Position numbers and translations under genes: made by a program. 64,000 nucleotides of DNA, taken from assembly GCF_009914755.1 (NCBI RefSeq), contig NC_060934.1, one strand, 5' to 3'. Source of the DNA: the human T2T-CHM13v2.0 reference genome, Homo sapiens. Under the pieces are notes generated by a model. The model saw only the letters and a list, made by a program, of their open reading frames with translations, searched no databases and had not been told where the DNA came from. Positions 30,521 to 46,084 of this stretch are shown in pieces; position 1 is the first letter of the stretch, and each line of letters starts with the position of its first letter.

Positions 30521-31803
30521 CCTGTCTCCCTTCACCTTCACCCACGTGGTCTTGGTGACTTGTCTAACATCACACAATGTTTGGGGATACAGGAAGTGGA
30601 GTGGGGCAGAGACTAAGTGTTGGGGTTTCCTGACGGTCTCAAATGTTCTTCCCATGGCCTCACTGGGCAGTGTCCGAATGTCTGCGTCAGAAAAGAGGTA
30701 AGGTGAGACCAAGGACCCTGCTCCCTGAATGAGCCTTGGGGAGAGGCCAGATGACTGTGGCAGCCATTTTGGAGAGGGGAGTCAGGTTCAACGCCTGCCC
30801 CCCCACCCACCCTGCACCCACCAAGCACAGCTCTGAGCAGCCCAGTGGGTAACTCACATTTCCTGGGACCCTCCTGCCTTTCCTCATGTAGCCTGCCTAA
30901 CCCCCCCACCCTGGACTTATTATGATATTCCCAAACTGGCAGGTGACCCCTATCTCCCCCATTCCTCCACCTCTGCTCCTGGGAGCTGATTTTAGTTCAA
31001 GGCAGCCTTCCAGGCCTCTAATCTCTGCACATTGTACACACATTGTCAGGGGCCTTTTTCTTATAGACTGAAGCCTAGCGACAGGGTCTGCACAGCAAGT
31101 ACGTACCCTGGTGACTGGCAGCTAAGTGCATTCTGATCTAGTCACCCTGGGGCACTGGAAGGTTTCCAGACTGACCCTGGAAGATTTCCTCAGACTGCTT
31201 GGTGGTTCAAGTTGGGGGGACTCAAAGGGAAGGGAAGCCCTTCAATCCCCCAGTTAATGACAGGCAGAAGCCCCAGACTCTTTATTGTCAAATGGCAGGG
31301 CGGAGCTGGGGGACCCTCCATGGCCATCCAGCTCTAAAGTTCCATGTTTCCAAGGTAAGTTGAGTTTGGAGCATGGCCCGAGCAGTCTGGGCTGATGTCA
31401 TTCACAATGACAGAAGTGGACAGAGTCTTGGCTCACCCTCAACTGTGGGTGAGAGTGATTCTGTGGTCTCAGATGGCAGATGGGTAAGGTCTGGGGAGTA
31501 GAAAGGTGATTTTTATCTTTAACCAAATGAAAGTTCCTACCCACGTGACAGCTTTGGTTTAGGGGGTGAGAAGGCACCCTTGAGGTGATAACAAGATTGA
31601 TAGGGAGGTTGGGCACCCGCCTAAATTCACTGCTGTCTCAAGGGAGACTCTTAGGAACTGGCAAGAGGACTTGATAGGAACCTCATCATGGTGGAAAGGG
31701 ATGTGACTGAGTGTTAAGTTTGTGAAACGGATGGTCTTGTGGGAGAGATGTAGGAATAAGCCCCATGTGTTGAGAAAGACATAAAAGGACATTGAATACC
31801 ACA

Positions 31804-31853
31804 GTGTGCACACGTGTGTGTGTGTTTTAAACTATTATAGTTCCTGGTTTAAA

Positions 31854-31902
<49 letters not shown>

Positions 31903-31907
31903 CACAC
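31804..31907. repeat. Inverted repeat plus (CA)n/(CG)n tract
   Basis: 17-bp perfect stem at 31816-31832 and 31847-31863, followed by alternating purine-pyrimidine sequence to about 31907. Confidence 0.9.
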
Positions 31908-32240
31908 TGTGGTGTTAAATGTCCTTTTCCGTCTCAGTTCCCCAGCTGGTCTCTCAGCTTCCCCACTATTCCCGTCTTCCTTTCTACACAGACCTAACAG
32001 CCTAAGGCCCCATTTTCAACTCATTACTCTCAGATCTTCTGGGACAAGCTTCCTACCTGCTCCGAATTCAGGCCTCCCGTCCCTGGCTGCAGCCTTCCAG
32101 CCACCTTTGCTCTTTCCTGTTTCCCATCAGCACCCTACCCCGCACCACAGGTTCACGCTCACATGGATCTCACACTCACGTTTTTACCCACCTGCAATTC
32201 TCTCCACATTCTTGCCTGTCAACCTATCCACATTCTCCCC

Positions 32241-32605
32241 TTTTAAAAATAGCATTATTGAGACATAATTCACATACCATATAATTCATCTATTTAAAGT
32301 GTAAGATTCAGTAGTTTTTGGTATATTTACAGATATGTTCATTCTTCACCACAGTCACTTGTAGAATATTCTCATCATCTCCCTATACCCCTTAGCTATC
32401 ACCTCCCAGATCCCCCAGCCCCATGCTGGCACCCCAGGTAAGCACTAGTCTACTGTGGGTCTCTACAGAGTTCCGTGTTCTGGACATTTCATATGCACAG
32501 AATCAGAAGTGCGGTGTTTTGTGTCTGACTTCTTTTGCTTAGCGTAATGGTTTCAAAGTTCATCTATGTTGTAGCTCTATCGATACTTCATTCCTTTTTA
32601 TGGCA
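32241..32605 (-). mobile_element. L1MB 3' end
   Basis: TTATTGAGACATAATTCACATACCATATAATTCATCTATTTAAAGTGTA ... TTCTGGACATTTCATAT ... TACTTCATTCCTTTTTATGGC. Confidence 0.88.
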
Positions 32606-32767
32606 AATGTTCTAATTTCCCCTTTCAAGGGTCAGCTTAATCCTCATGTCCCCCAGAATGCTTTTGTTAACTCCTTGGGCCCTCTTGATGGCTCTCCCAT
32701 GGATGTTTACAGTGTGGTATGGGGTTGTCTTTGCATCCTCTGTGAAAACCTTTCTTGCCTACTAGAC

Positions 32768-33130
32768 CGTGTCCCAGGACAATTCTCTGGGAAGCAGGTT
32801 CTGAGAAGGAGATCTGTGTTCAAGAAGATTCTTGAGGATAACACTTGGGACCTACATCATGGGGGAGTGACCGATGCAGGAGGGGGCAGAGGGAGAAGCT
32901 GAGCTGCAATGCAGTCCCAACAAATGTCTCAGCCACCCTCCAAGTGATCTAGAGCTGGGATGGCCATCAGAGTTGAGTGAGGGCTGGGTTGTAATACACC
33001 CGTATCAATGGTCAACAGTCATTGGATACAGCTGCTTCAGGAAGATTGTGTCCTTGGGTTGGTCATCTCATTGCAGCCAAGGACAAGTCCTGGCGGCACT
33101 CCCAGCAGCCTGGAGAATGAAGAAACCATG
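32768..33130 (-). mobile_element. ERVL LTR16-like
   Basis: TTCTCTGGGAAGCAGGTTCTGAGA, GGGCAGAGGGAGAAGCTGAGCTGCAATGCAG and CAGTCATTGGAT. Confidence 0.7.
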
Positions 33131-33235
33131 GCATTCACGGTGGACTAGAAGACCCTTGAGAACGGGGGCCATGTCATCCCTCCTGCTTGCCTCTCCCCTT
33201 CCCTAACACCTGCATTTTGCTTGAATTCAGGCCTT

Positions 33236-33755
33236 GAGGTCAAACAAATGTGAATTCAAATCCTAGCTCTGCCATATATTAACTGAGGAACCATAGAAAG
33301 TTACCAGATCTTGTGGGTCACACCTGTAATCCCAGCACTTTGGGAGGCTGAAGTGGGCAGATCATTTGAGGTCAGGAGTTCGAGACCAACCTGTCCAACA
33401 TGATGAAACCCCTTCTTTACTAAAAATACAAAATTAGTGGGCATGGTGGCAGGCCACCTCTAATCCCAGCAACTGGTGCGGCTGAGGCACGAGAATCGCT
33501 TGAACCCCAGAGGCAGAGGTATCAGTGAACCGAGATCATGCCACTGCCCTCCAGCCTGGGCGATAGAGTGAGACTGTCTCAAAAAACAAAAAAAAAAAAG
33601 TTACCATATCTCTTTAAGCCTTAGTTTCCTCATCTGTAAAATGGAGATAATAATAGTCCTCACCTTATAGAGTTACTGTGAATATGAGGGGGTCAATGTA
33701 TGTAATGCATTTAACAGTGTCTAGTACATAGTAAGCTCTCAATAAAGGTTAGCTT
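33236..33755 (+). mobile_element. MIR split by an Alu
   Basis: TTCAAATCCTAGCTCTGCCA ... [Alu] ... CCTTAGTTTCCTCATCTGTAAAATGGAGATAATAATAG ... CTCAATAAA. Confidence 0.85.
33313..33596 (+). mobile_element. AluS, slightly 5'-truncated
   Basis: TSD AAAGTTACCAGATCT/AAAGTTACCATATCT. Confidence 0.92.
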
Positions 33756-34137
33756 TTGTTCTTCTTAGTAGAGTCTGGAGGCCGTCTGATAATTGACTGA
33801 TTTAAAGGGGTGGAAGCTAATATAAACTAAGGGTCAGCAAGTGAACCAGACACCAACACTGAGTTGTTAGCATTGGAAAATTATTTTTCAAATCAAAAAA
33901 TGTTTCATACATAGAGAAAGACATAAAGAGTGATTTACTGAACACCCATGTTCCTATCATCCACCTTGATTTTTTAAAATACAGATATATTAGAAAGCTT
34001 TTATTCATCCCTCCCCTGCTTCCGAGGTGAATTATGAAGGAGATGTTCATCATTCCCAGGAATGTCTTGATGCTGTTGCCGTTTGTGTATGCATCTCTAG
34101 GTAATACATAATCTTTTATATGTTTTAAAACTCTGTG

Positions 34138-34421
34138 GGCTGGGCAAGATGACTCATGCCTGTAATCCCAGCAATTTGGGAGGCTGAGGCAGGAGGATCA
34201 CTTGAGCCCAGGGGTTAGAGACCAGCCTGGGCAATATAGTGAGACCCTGTCTCTACAAAAATAAAAAATTTGCTGCATGTGGTGGTACATGCCTGTAGTC
34301 CCAGCTACTTGGGAGGCTGGGGTGGGAGAACCACTTGAGCCTGGGAAGTTGAGGCTGCTGTAAGCTATGAGTGCCATGGCACTTCAGCCTGGGTGACAGA
34401 ACAAGACTCTGTCTCAAAAAA
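34138..34421 (+). mobile_element. AluJ within an antisense L1ME relic (about 33880-34500)
   Basis: GGAGGATCACTTGAGCCCAGG and GCAATATAGTGAGACCC. Confidence 0.9.
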
Positions 34422-34654
34422 TTTTTTTTGGTATGTACATAACATCATAGTGTATCATTCTTCTGCTTTTTCACTCAACACAATGCTTGACATCAAATGT
34501 GAGATTTGCACGTTTTTACCTGCAGCTCAAGTTCATTTATCTCCTTCCAGTGTAAGGTTGAAACTCCTGCTCCCAAAATGTAAGAAGTGGAGGGAGAGAG
34601 ACTCTTTGTGACTGAACTGTTTGCCCCTACTTTTTTCCAGCCATCCTCATTTTC

Positions 34655-34895
34655 TGGAGAGGCAGCGTGGCCTAACGACGAAAGCCTCCACAACTGGTTT
34701 CTGTCGGTGTGAGTCCCAAATCTGCCACTGGCTGGCTGGGAAACCTTGGGTAAGCTACTTAACCACTCTGTGCCTCAGTTTCCTTGTCTGTAACGTGAGA
34801 ACAAGAATGCCTTCTACCTACTTCATAGCATTGTTTCTAAAACACTTAGTGCAGTTGCTGGTTTGTAGTGCAGTATTGGTAAGGTTAGCTATTAC
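34655..34895 (+). mobile_element. MIR
   Basis: CCTTGGGTAAGCTACTTAACCACTCTGTGCCTCAGTTTCCTTGTCTGTAA. Confidence 0.85.
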
Positions 34896-35557
34896 TCTTT
34901 TATTTGAGTTGTTTACAAGCAGATGGTATGGAACACAGCTCCATGAAGTATGGTCCCAATCACTAGGGCCTGATCCCTGCCTTGCAGGGAAGGGCAGCTA
35001 CACAGCCTGGGATTCTCTGCATTTGAGAAAGCTGGGTAGCTGACATTAGGAAAGCTGATTGTTTGCTTGTTCTGTTTGATATTTTGCCAGTGGCTTCTGG
35101 CACAGCCGTGAAGACAGGGTTCCCAGTTTCTCATCCATCACCACCTTTGATCTACCCAGCTCCATCCATGCCATCTTTATTATTGTTCCCATCACACAGA
35201 TGAGTAAATGGGCTCAGAGATGTGAGGTGACCTGCCAATAATAGGTGGCATCCCTGAGACTGGAACCAAGTCTGCTCATTCTTAATCCTGGGGCCTTTAG
35301 CCATAGAGTGGGCCTCTCCAACTACTACTGATTGTTTTCTTGCTTGAGGGCAGGGACAGGACCCTGGGGCTCAGAAAGGAAGAGAGGCACTTTTCAGGGC
35401 CACTCGCCCTGTCACAAGTATGATCTGCTGTTGGCCTTGCGTCCCCAGCGATCAGATGGAAGAGAGCCAGTTTAGAACTAGAGGGGGTTTTATATGTGCT
35501 TTTTTTGCTTCTGTTTTTCCTTGAACACTTTAATTGAGTGGTTAAAATCTACCTTCC

Positions 35558-35953
<396 letters not shown>

Positions 35954-36099
35954 TCAGCCCATGTGGCTTTCATTCATCCAGACATGCAAGCTTTGGCTTG
36001 CCTCACCTTGAGCTGGAGTTTTCTCAGAGGAAAATATGTCAAGGTAGACAGATTCTCTCCTTTATGAGATGTCATATGACTATTTTTGCATGTAGTTAT

Positions 36100-36403
<304 letters not shown>

Positions 36404-36538
36404 GCAGTTATTTCTTTTTAAACTAATTCATAATGGCAGAGCTCACCACCATAATCAGTTTCTGTTTCCATTATAAATCCAATTTTGGAGGGTAATGGTG
36501 TCTGCCATTTCATCTTGCTTAGGGCTTCAGCTTTATAT

Positions 36539-36541
36539 TCT

Positions 36542-36572
<31 letters not shown>
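36539..36572. repeat. (CT)n microsatellite
   Basis: About 16 CT units with one interruption. Confidence 0.9.
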
Positions 36573-37045
36573 TAAAGGAAGCAGTTGCATGCATGTTTAA
36601 AGAAACTAAAAGCTTGGGCTTTTGGAGGATGGTTTAGCAATAGGAATTTAGGCAGGAAATAACAAATAGGTATCCTTGTGGACTTTGATTGGTTAGTAGT
36701 GGATGACTGGAGTATTGTGTTGAGAAGGATCCTGAGGCCATATCCAGCATAAGTGCAAAAGAGCTGTGACTGACAAGTGATGTCTGTCATGAATCCTTGC
36801 AAGTGGGAATGGAGAGTAGCAGAGAGAACCCTGCAAACAGTCATCCATAAACCAGAGGAAGCATATTAAATTTGCTCCTAATAGCAGCTCCTTACCTCTT
36901 TATAGCGTTGGATAGTTTCAAAAACATTTTTCATGTGCTTTATTTTCATTTAACCATTACATCAACTGGGTGATCTCTGTAGGGCTAATCTGTCTTCATA
37001 TTAATTATCTATTAAATGCTTATTGAACAATTACTCTAGTAGGCT

Positions 37046-37962
37046 GTGGACGACAATCTTGAAGAATGACTGCCACCAATTTCTTCCCTTCTTGTTGGTG
37101 CATGCCACCTGTCTCATTTAGAAGTGGAGTCTAATTCCCTTCCCCACACGCCCCCCCCCCTTTTTTTTTTTTGAGACAGGGTTTCACTCTGCTGCCAAGG
37201 CTGAGTGCAGTGGCGGGATCCAACTCACTGCAACCTTGACCTCCTGGGCTCAAGTGATCCTCCCGCCTTAGCCTTTTGAGTAGCTGAGACTACAGGCACA
37301 TGTCACCATGCCTGGCTAATTTTCATTTTTTTTTTTTTTTTTTGTAGAGATGGGGTTTTGCCATGTTGCCTGGGCTGGTCTCGAACTCCTGGGCTCAAGC
37401 GATCCTCCTGCCTTAGCCTCCCAAAGTGCTGGGATTAAAAGAGTTAGCCACTGCATGCCTGGCCCCCTTCCTCTTAAAGTTGGGTTGTTCTTAGTGACTT
37501 TCTTGACCAAGAGGATGTAGCTGAAACAATGTTCTGGGACTTCCAGTTTAAGGTCTTAAGAAGGCTTTCCGTTTTAGCCTAGGTTTTCTTTAAACATTTG
37601 CTTTTGGGGCCCTGATCTGCCACATTCAAAATATGACTGCCCATTTGAAAAGATCATGTGGAGAGGCTGTGAAGCTAGAGAGAGGGGCCCAGCTGAGCCT
37701 GGCCTTCCAGCTGCTCACTAAGGCTCCAGTTATGTGAGAAGACATGTTGGACCTCTCAGCCAAGCCCAGCTGCCAGATGAATACCACTGAGTCACCCCCG
37801 TGGAGGCTGTGTGGAACAGAAGAATCACCAAGCCAAGTCCTGCTGAAATTCTGGATTCACAAAATCAGGAGGTGAAAAGATGGTTACTTGAAGTGACTAA
37901 GCTTTGGGATGGTTTCCTGGGCAGCATGTTATGTAGCAATAGTGTGTTATGTAACCAGAACA
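37046..37962 (+). mobile_element. MaLR LTR MLT1G-like, split by an AluJ
   Basis: GAAGTGGAGTCTAATTCCCTTCC, CTTAGTGACTTTCTTGACCAA, GAACAGAAGAATCACCAAGCCAAG; ends GTAACCAGAACA. Confidence 0.8.
37161..37464 (-). mobile_element. AluJ
   Basis: TCCTGGGCTCAAG in both arms. Confidence 0.92.
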
Positions 37963-38427
37963 TTGACACTGGGCTTTCAAGGATGAGTAAGACCCAGTTT
38001 CACTCCATAGAGAACTCCAGGTCTCCTGGGAGAGATGGACAGATGAACAAACAAGTCACAATTCAGTGAAAACAAACATGTGCAAGAAAAAATCATAGCC
38101 CAAAGAGCAGATGGAGCAGGAAAGGCTTCCTGAGGGAGGTGATGTCTGTCTGGCCCCAGCCCCATTGTTCTTGGGATACATGGCCCACAGAAAGTCATTT
38201 TTTTTTTTTTTCTGGGGACGTCCCCAACATGAGAGAAGGGTCCCCAGTGACCAAGTTTATATTAGGTAACTCTGTTTTCCTGGCCATAGCTGATAGATCC
38301 AGGGGTGGATGAGCACTCAATGTGGGCCAATCAAGTTTTCTCTCCCAGTAAATTGAAATTTGGAATGGAGAGTTTCGGAGGCTGGGCGTCATTGGAACTA
38401 AATCACGGTGAGAGAAGCTCTCTAAAG

Positions 38428-38635
38428 CAGGGTTTCTTAACCTTGGCACTATTGACATTTAGGCTGGCTAATTCTTTGCTGGGGTTAAGGGCACTGTCCT
38501 GTGCATTGTAGAATGTTTAGTAGCATCCCTGGCCTCCACCCAGCAGATGCCTGTAGCATCCCACTCCTAGTCACATCTCCAGACATTGCCAAACATCCCT
38601 TGGAGGACAAAATCGCCCCCAGTTGAGAACCACTT
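38428..38635. mobile_element. MER20 (hAT-Charlie)
   Basis: CAGGGTTTCTTAACCTTGGCACTATTGACATTT ... AAAATCGCCCCCAGTTGAGAACCACT; 8-bp TSD CTCTAAAG/CTCTAGAG. Confidence 0.92.
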
Positions 38636-38981
38636 CTCTAGAGTGATAGCTCCAAAATGCATGAGCAGTCCTATCTCTCCCCTCGCTGGTCCTATCTCTG
38701 CCCTCGCTGGGACGTGGCAGTTCAACTCTTGTACCCGTGAGGCATCCCAGACCCTTCTAATCACCTAGAGTCAGTTTCTATATCATGCAACCAAAATAAC
38801 CCTAGTTCATACAGTATTGAAGGTTGGAATGGAGTTTGTTACACAGTTGGGTCCTGGAAGGGCATCTAGCGGAGTAGAAACTGTTTGTAGGGAGCAGGAA
38901 ACAGCAGTATGATGCTGTTGGGTGTGGCTGGAGGGCTGGAGGGGCATAAGGGCCAGCCCATGCTTGGCAGACCACACTTAA

Positions 38982-39428
<447 letters not shown>

Positions 39429-39431
39429 TAA

Positions 39432-39830
<399 letters not shown>

Positions 39831-41491
39831 TGCTGTTAGATTTTAACCTTGTTCATGTCTCTTAGACAAACTAAAGTGAGTAACTGAAGACATTAAAACA
39901 ATTTACACTGGATCTCCCATATCTCTCCAGTGCAAGGCTAAAGTGGAGTCCTTTAGGCTTGAGTCAGTCAGATAAGTGTCCCGTCGCCTCCTTGGTTATG
40001 AGTGCATGGGTTTGGATGTGTGACAGGGATACTCTGGGTCTCCAAGAACGAAGACAAATTCAGATGATTTCCAGCCACAGGGCACATTAAGAAGTACCCC
40101 TCATTCCTGCAAGCAGCCATGCCACAGCCACCTTGTCCTCTCCTCTGGAAATTCAGCTCCGCAGCTTTGGTTTCCACTGCTCTTGCTACTACCTGGTAAC
40201 AGATTTTATGCAAGTGTCAAGTTCGAGTTCTCCGGGAGAAAGTCTGGTTGGTTTCAGCCCTGATCTAGGACAGAGTTTGGCTCCTGTCCAACTATAAACC
40301 ACTGCCGTTGGGGGCTGTGTCCACCCTTGGTTAAACCAGATACAAAGCCTGGCGGGCGCTTTGTGGAAAGAGAGTCTCAGAAGAGGGTTTTGAGGAAGTG
40401 AGACCTCTCAGCTGCCCCAGAAAGTGAAATGTCCTTGCCAGTCACCATCCTGTGTGCCTGAGTTATGGCTCAGCGCTATCAGTCTCCCTTCTAAATTACA
40501 GGGTATGTCTCTGGACCCAGAATTCCTGGTTTCTGACCAATTGGCCAAATCCAGTAGCCTTGGGCAAGTTGCACCCAGGGGAGGGCACTTCTCAGGAGTG
40601 AGCTTCCAGGAATAAATTCCCTTGGGAAACTCTGCGGGCAGCTTAAACCTCAAGAAAATGACTCATTAGGAGCTTGGGGAGCTGTTAATTGCCCTGTCCA
40701 GCCAAGATCCAGTGCCGCTGTGCCAGCCTGCTGAAAAATAATGAAGTCACTAGAAGTTCCAGCTCAGTCCCTGTCTGCCCAACTTCCCTACTGTTTCCTC
40801 TTCTTCCTCTCATCCCAGACACTGTGTCCCCCTGCTGCTCCACTGCCCAGAGACCCTGACTGTGATGTTCAAACAGAACTGCCCCCCCAGGGACCTATCA
40901 CTGCGGCAATCACATTCTCAGAAAGAACATCCAGGAAAACAGAACATGGCAAAGGCTTGTTTTGCTGAACTGTAAATATATTCATTGGAAAGCTATGTTT
41001 ACCAAGGTATAAGGACTAAATCACATAGAGCTACTACTTATCCCTGCTTAGAAAAATGTGAAAGCTCAAGAAATTCATCCAGTCTTGGAAAAGCTGTGAC
41101 TTAGGGTCGCCATGGCAATGCCACGTCCTCTGCCTCTGGGTCCTACGCTGTCATAGGCCAGTCGCAGGCAGGAGGACATTGGCTCGGGGCAGGGAGACCA
41201 CTGGATGGGAAGCTGGGAGGCCCGTGTGCAGCCCTGGTGCCAACACTAACCAGCCCTTCTGTGCTTCTGGATCAGGAGTGTTGAACTAGTAGGTTTCAAC
41301 TCTCTTCTAGAAGGAACATTCCATAGTAAATTATCTGAGTGCAGGGAACCTTAGACCCTTTTAAGGGACCTAGCATGTGAAGCCACTTGGTACTAGGGTG
41401 CGTTCTTCATAGAGTGGGTTAGGGTGGGAAGGGCCCCCCAGCTGCTGGAGGAAGTGAGAGTTGATTGGGACAGAGGCGGTCTCTCTGCTCT

Positions 41492-41510
41492 CGGCCACCA
41501 GGGGGCAGCA
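41492..41510 (+). promoter_or_regulatory. Strong CTCF motif
   Basis: CGGCCACCAGGGGGCAGCA is a near-consensus CTCF core in unique, locally CpG-retaining sequence. Confidence 0.75.
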
Positions 41511-42138
41511 CCCAACCTATGCTCAGGCAACTGGCGCTTTCTCCTGGGACTTTCAATCCTGAGCGTGACCGGAAAAGGTGAGCTCAGGGAGAGGCTATTT
41601 AGCGCGGCAGCTGAGGGGCCAATGCAGTGGCCAATGCAGCGGTGGGGAGCCGTGCCAACAGTGTTGCCTCAATCACACTTTTCCTGTGTCATGAACGTGA
41701 CCGTTCTGTTAATTTCTACAGTCTTGCCTCTGCTTCTTGTCAAATTTTGTAAGCAACTCAATGTTTTCAATAGGGATTTAGTGTTTTCTCTTTAGTTGGC
41801 CAGAGATGATTTCTATTGTTTGAAATCAGGAATCTCCTCCAGAACCTTGGTGAACTAATTAACCCACAGTTTGCTGTTTATGATGGAAAGAATTTTGAGG
41901 TCTTACCTAATCCCAAAGGTGTTTATGGCTTCAAGGAAGTTGCTGGTATCAGCAATATCTCAACCCGAGGCTGCCACGTAGACATCACCTCACCTGCCAG
42001 TCCTGCTCGGTTGACAGTGGCTTTGTGGGGCACTGTGTTGAGGAGGATTCTGAAACCAAAACTCATTAACAAAGTCAGCCAGTGGGAGACAGTTGGCAGA
42101 GCCCCTACTAACTTTCAGGGGGTTGGGAAGATATATGT

Positions 42139-42846
<708 letters not shown>

Positions 42847-43059
42847 TATATTATGGGGATGGTGATAGTGGGGTTATCCCAGATCCTCTCAACCCTGCTG
42901 CCTCTGTGGAAAGCAGCTGAGTGTCCTTTGCCATCATCCTTCAGTAGGGCAGCCTCTCTGACAAACCAAAATGATCAGGTCAACCTCCCTATGGACCCTG
43001 GCAGAGGCAGACTCAGCATATGCTGTTCCAATGACTGCAGCTGCAAAGCCTGAGGGACC

Positions 43060-43240
43060 AGAGCATCAGAGCTGATGGATCCCTTAGAGGTCATCACCCC
43101 AATGCTCCCATTTTCACAGGTGGGAAAACTGAGGCCAAGCGAGGGGAGGGCTGACTTGCCTGTGACTGTGCAGTTAAGTTAGTGGTAGTTTGGGGTTTCA
43201 CACATCATTTGGCTTTGAGGCCAGTGTTCTTCCCACATCA
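43060..43240 (-). mobile_element. MIR
   Basis: CCCATTTTCACAGGTGGGAAAACTGAGGCC ... TGACTTGCCTG. Confidence 0.8.
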
Positions 43241-43305
43241 CCGCCATCTCATAGCCACTGTCTTCCTCCTGATATTTAGTCATCCCTATCTTTGGAACAT
43301 CCCAC

Positions 43306-43816
43306 TGTATTGGTTTCCTATCGCTGTTGTAACACATGACCAAAAAATGTAGTGGCTTAAAGCAGCACAGACTTATCTTAGAGTTCTGCAGCTCAGATGT
43401 CTGACATGCATCTCACGGGGCTGAAGTCAAGGTGTCTACAGTGTTGCTTTTTCTTCTGGAGGCCCTGGGGTCAAGTCCATTTCCTTGCCTTTTCTGACTT
43501 CTAGAGGCTGCCCATCTTCCTCAGCCTGTGACTCCCTTTCTCCATCAGTAAGGCCAACCTTGGCCAGTTGAGTTTTTCTCAGATCTCACCTCCTGACACC
43601 AACTGTTCTGCCTCCTAGTCATACCTCTAAGGCCCCTTGTGATTACACAGGGTCCCCTAGATAACCAGGGATCATCTCCCTATGCTAAGGTCAGCTGATC
43701 AGCACCCTTAATTCCACCTGCAATCTGAGGTCCCCTTTGCCATGTAAGGTAATATATTCACAGGTTCCGGGTGTTAGGACAGGGACATCTTTGGTGCCAT
43801 CATTCTGTCCACCACA
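43306..43816 (-). mobile_element. Complete MaLR solo LTR, MLT1D-like
   Basis: TGTATTGGTTTCCTATCGCTG ... CATTCTGTCCACCACA; perfect 5-bp TSD CCCAC. Confidence 0.9.
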
Positions 43817-43981
43817 CCCACCTTCTCTCTGAGGTCAGGGTTTCTCATCCTAAAAAATCATTTCCTTGATCCTGCTGTTTCCCTCCGGGTATCACCCAGT
43901 GCTCCTTTTAGATCCTCTGCCAAGCATCTCCATGGAGGCTCTATTCTTGCTGCTTCCCTTCTACCAGCCCTCACTCGCTTT

Positions 43982-44625
<644 letters not shown>

Positions 44626-44629
44626 ACTC

Positions 44630-45040
44630 CTTCTTAGGAACCCTCCCTGCAACCTGGCTTCTGTGAGCTGCCCCATGACTTCTTTGCTAAGCTCGCCAAA
44701 ACATCCATTATGAAGTTCCCAAACTCCACAGCCTTTATCAATGCACTGGCGGGAGCTTCCTCTGAGCATGCTTCTTCCTTGGCTTCCACCATGCTGTCCC
44801 TTCTTGATTCTCCTTCCATTTCTATGATCTTTTCATTCTGCCTCTGGCCCAAGTCTTTCTCCTCTTGTCTCCTGAAAATGACCTGTCTCCCAAGGATCAG
44901 CCCAAGGCTCTCTGCTGTTTCCTGTATCCCAGAGGTTCTAGGAGTCCATGACTGGGCTCTTTTATGAGATTCCCCCACCTTGAACTTGTAGACAACCTTT
45001 CTTGCATTCATCCAGAGCTTTCCATCAGCTTCTGAAATGG
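44630..45040 (+). mobile_element. L2 internal fragment (probably continues at about 45700-46010)
   Basis: CTTCTTCCTTGGCTTCCACCATGCTGTCCC-type pyrimidine-rich L2 body. Confidence 0.55.
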
Positions 45041-45099
45041 GTATATGGATAGTAAAGTGTTAAAAGTCAGCTATGTAATCTTTCTGCCTTTGAGAGCCA

Positions 45100-45660
45100 A
45101 GTTAGCTAAGATTCTTTGGAGTGCAAGTGATAGAAACCCAATTCAATCTGACTTGAAAAGAGAGAATTTAATGACTCTCATGTCTGCAGTAGCTCAAAGA
45201 ACTGAAGGAAGTAATGTGGAAAGCACAGAAGCTTTGGGAGTTTCTGAGACTGGAATCAGGAACACGTTGCAGTCAGGATTCTCCCCCTCTCTATTTCTCA
45301 GCTCTGCTTCCTTTGATTGGCTTTATTCTCTCCAGCAAATTAGCTTTCTTCATATTCCACAGAAGATGGCCCCTGGTATGTCTCAATTCCTTCCCACTCG
45401 GGGATGCAAAAGACAAAGCCCCTTCTCTTTTAATTCCAAATTTAAAAATCCCCAGGAAGGACTCTGAGTGTCCCATGCTGAGTCGTATCTTCCCCACTGC
45501 AGCAATCACATGGCCAAGGGAGCTGCCTGCTTGGATGACCAGGGGCCCAGGCCTCTTATCTCCCCTTGCATTTTATTGGGACTGTCAGTCCTGCAAATAC
45601 TCATGACGGCAATGGAGGAGGAGCAGTTGTTTGAAGGTGTGTGTTATGTTGGACAGTCAA
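45100..45660 (-). mobile_element. Old MLT1-type LTR
   Basis: GATTCTTTGGAGTGCAAGTGATAGAAACCCAATTCAATCTGACTT; CCCAGGAAGGACTCTGAGTG. Confidence 0.6.
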
Positions 45661-46084
45661 AAATGGCATTTGTTTCCTACCAGACCTCACCCATGCCCAT
45701 CGTGTCTTTAACGACCACCTGTGGATGACTCCTACGGTCTCCAGCTGCCAGGTGCCTACTGATGACTACCTGGTTGGCCCACTGGTCTCCCAAACAGAGT
45801 ATCTTTGGTGTCCCCAGTGGGTATCAATGGCACCACTGCCCACCAAGTCTCCCAAGCTTCTCCCAGTTCCTTGCCTTCACAAATGGTGATCCCCCACCCC
45901 TCTGTAGGGAGTTGCCAAGTCCTGTTGATCTTAGCACTTCGGCATCTTTCCCAGCCATTGTTCTCATCTGCAATTTCATTAGTGCCCCTGGCCTAAGCCA
46001 CTCTCCCAGTCTCTTAGTGGATCTCTCTGCCTCCAAGGCAGATTCTGTCACCGGCTATGGAATCCCATGTAAAAAAGAAATCTT

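Noticed and set aside
41455-41710. CpG island
   Set aside because: CpG retention is mild and the patch is too short for island criteria; kept only as a CTCF/promoter-like candidate.
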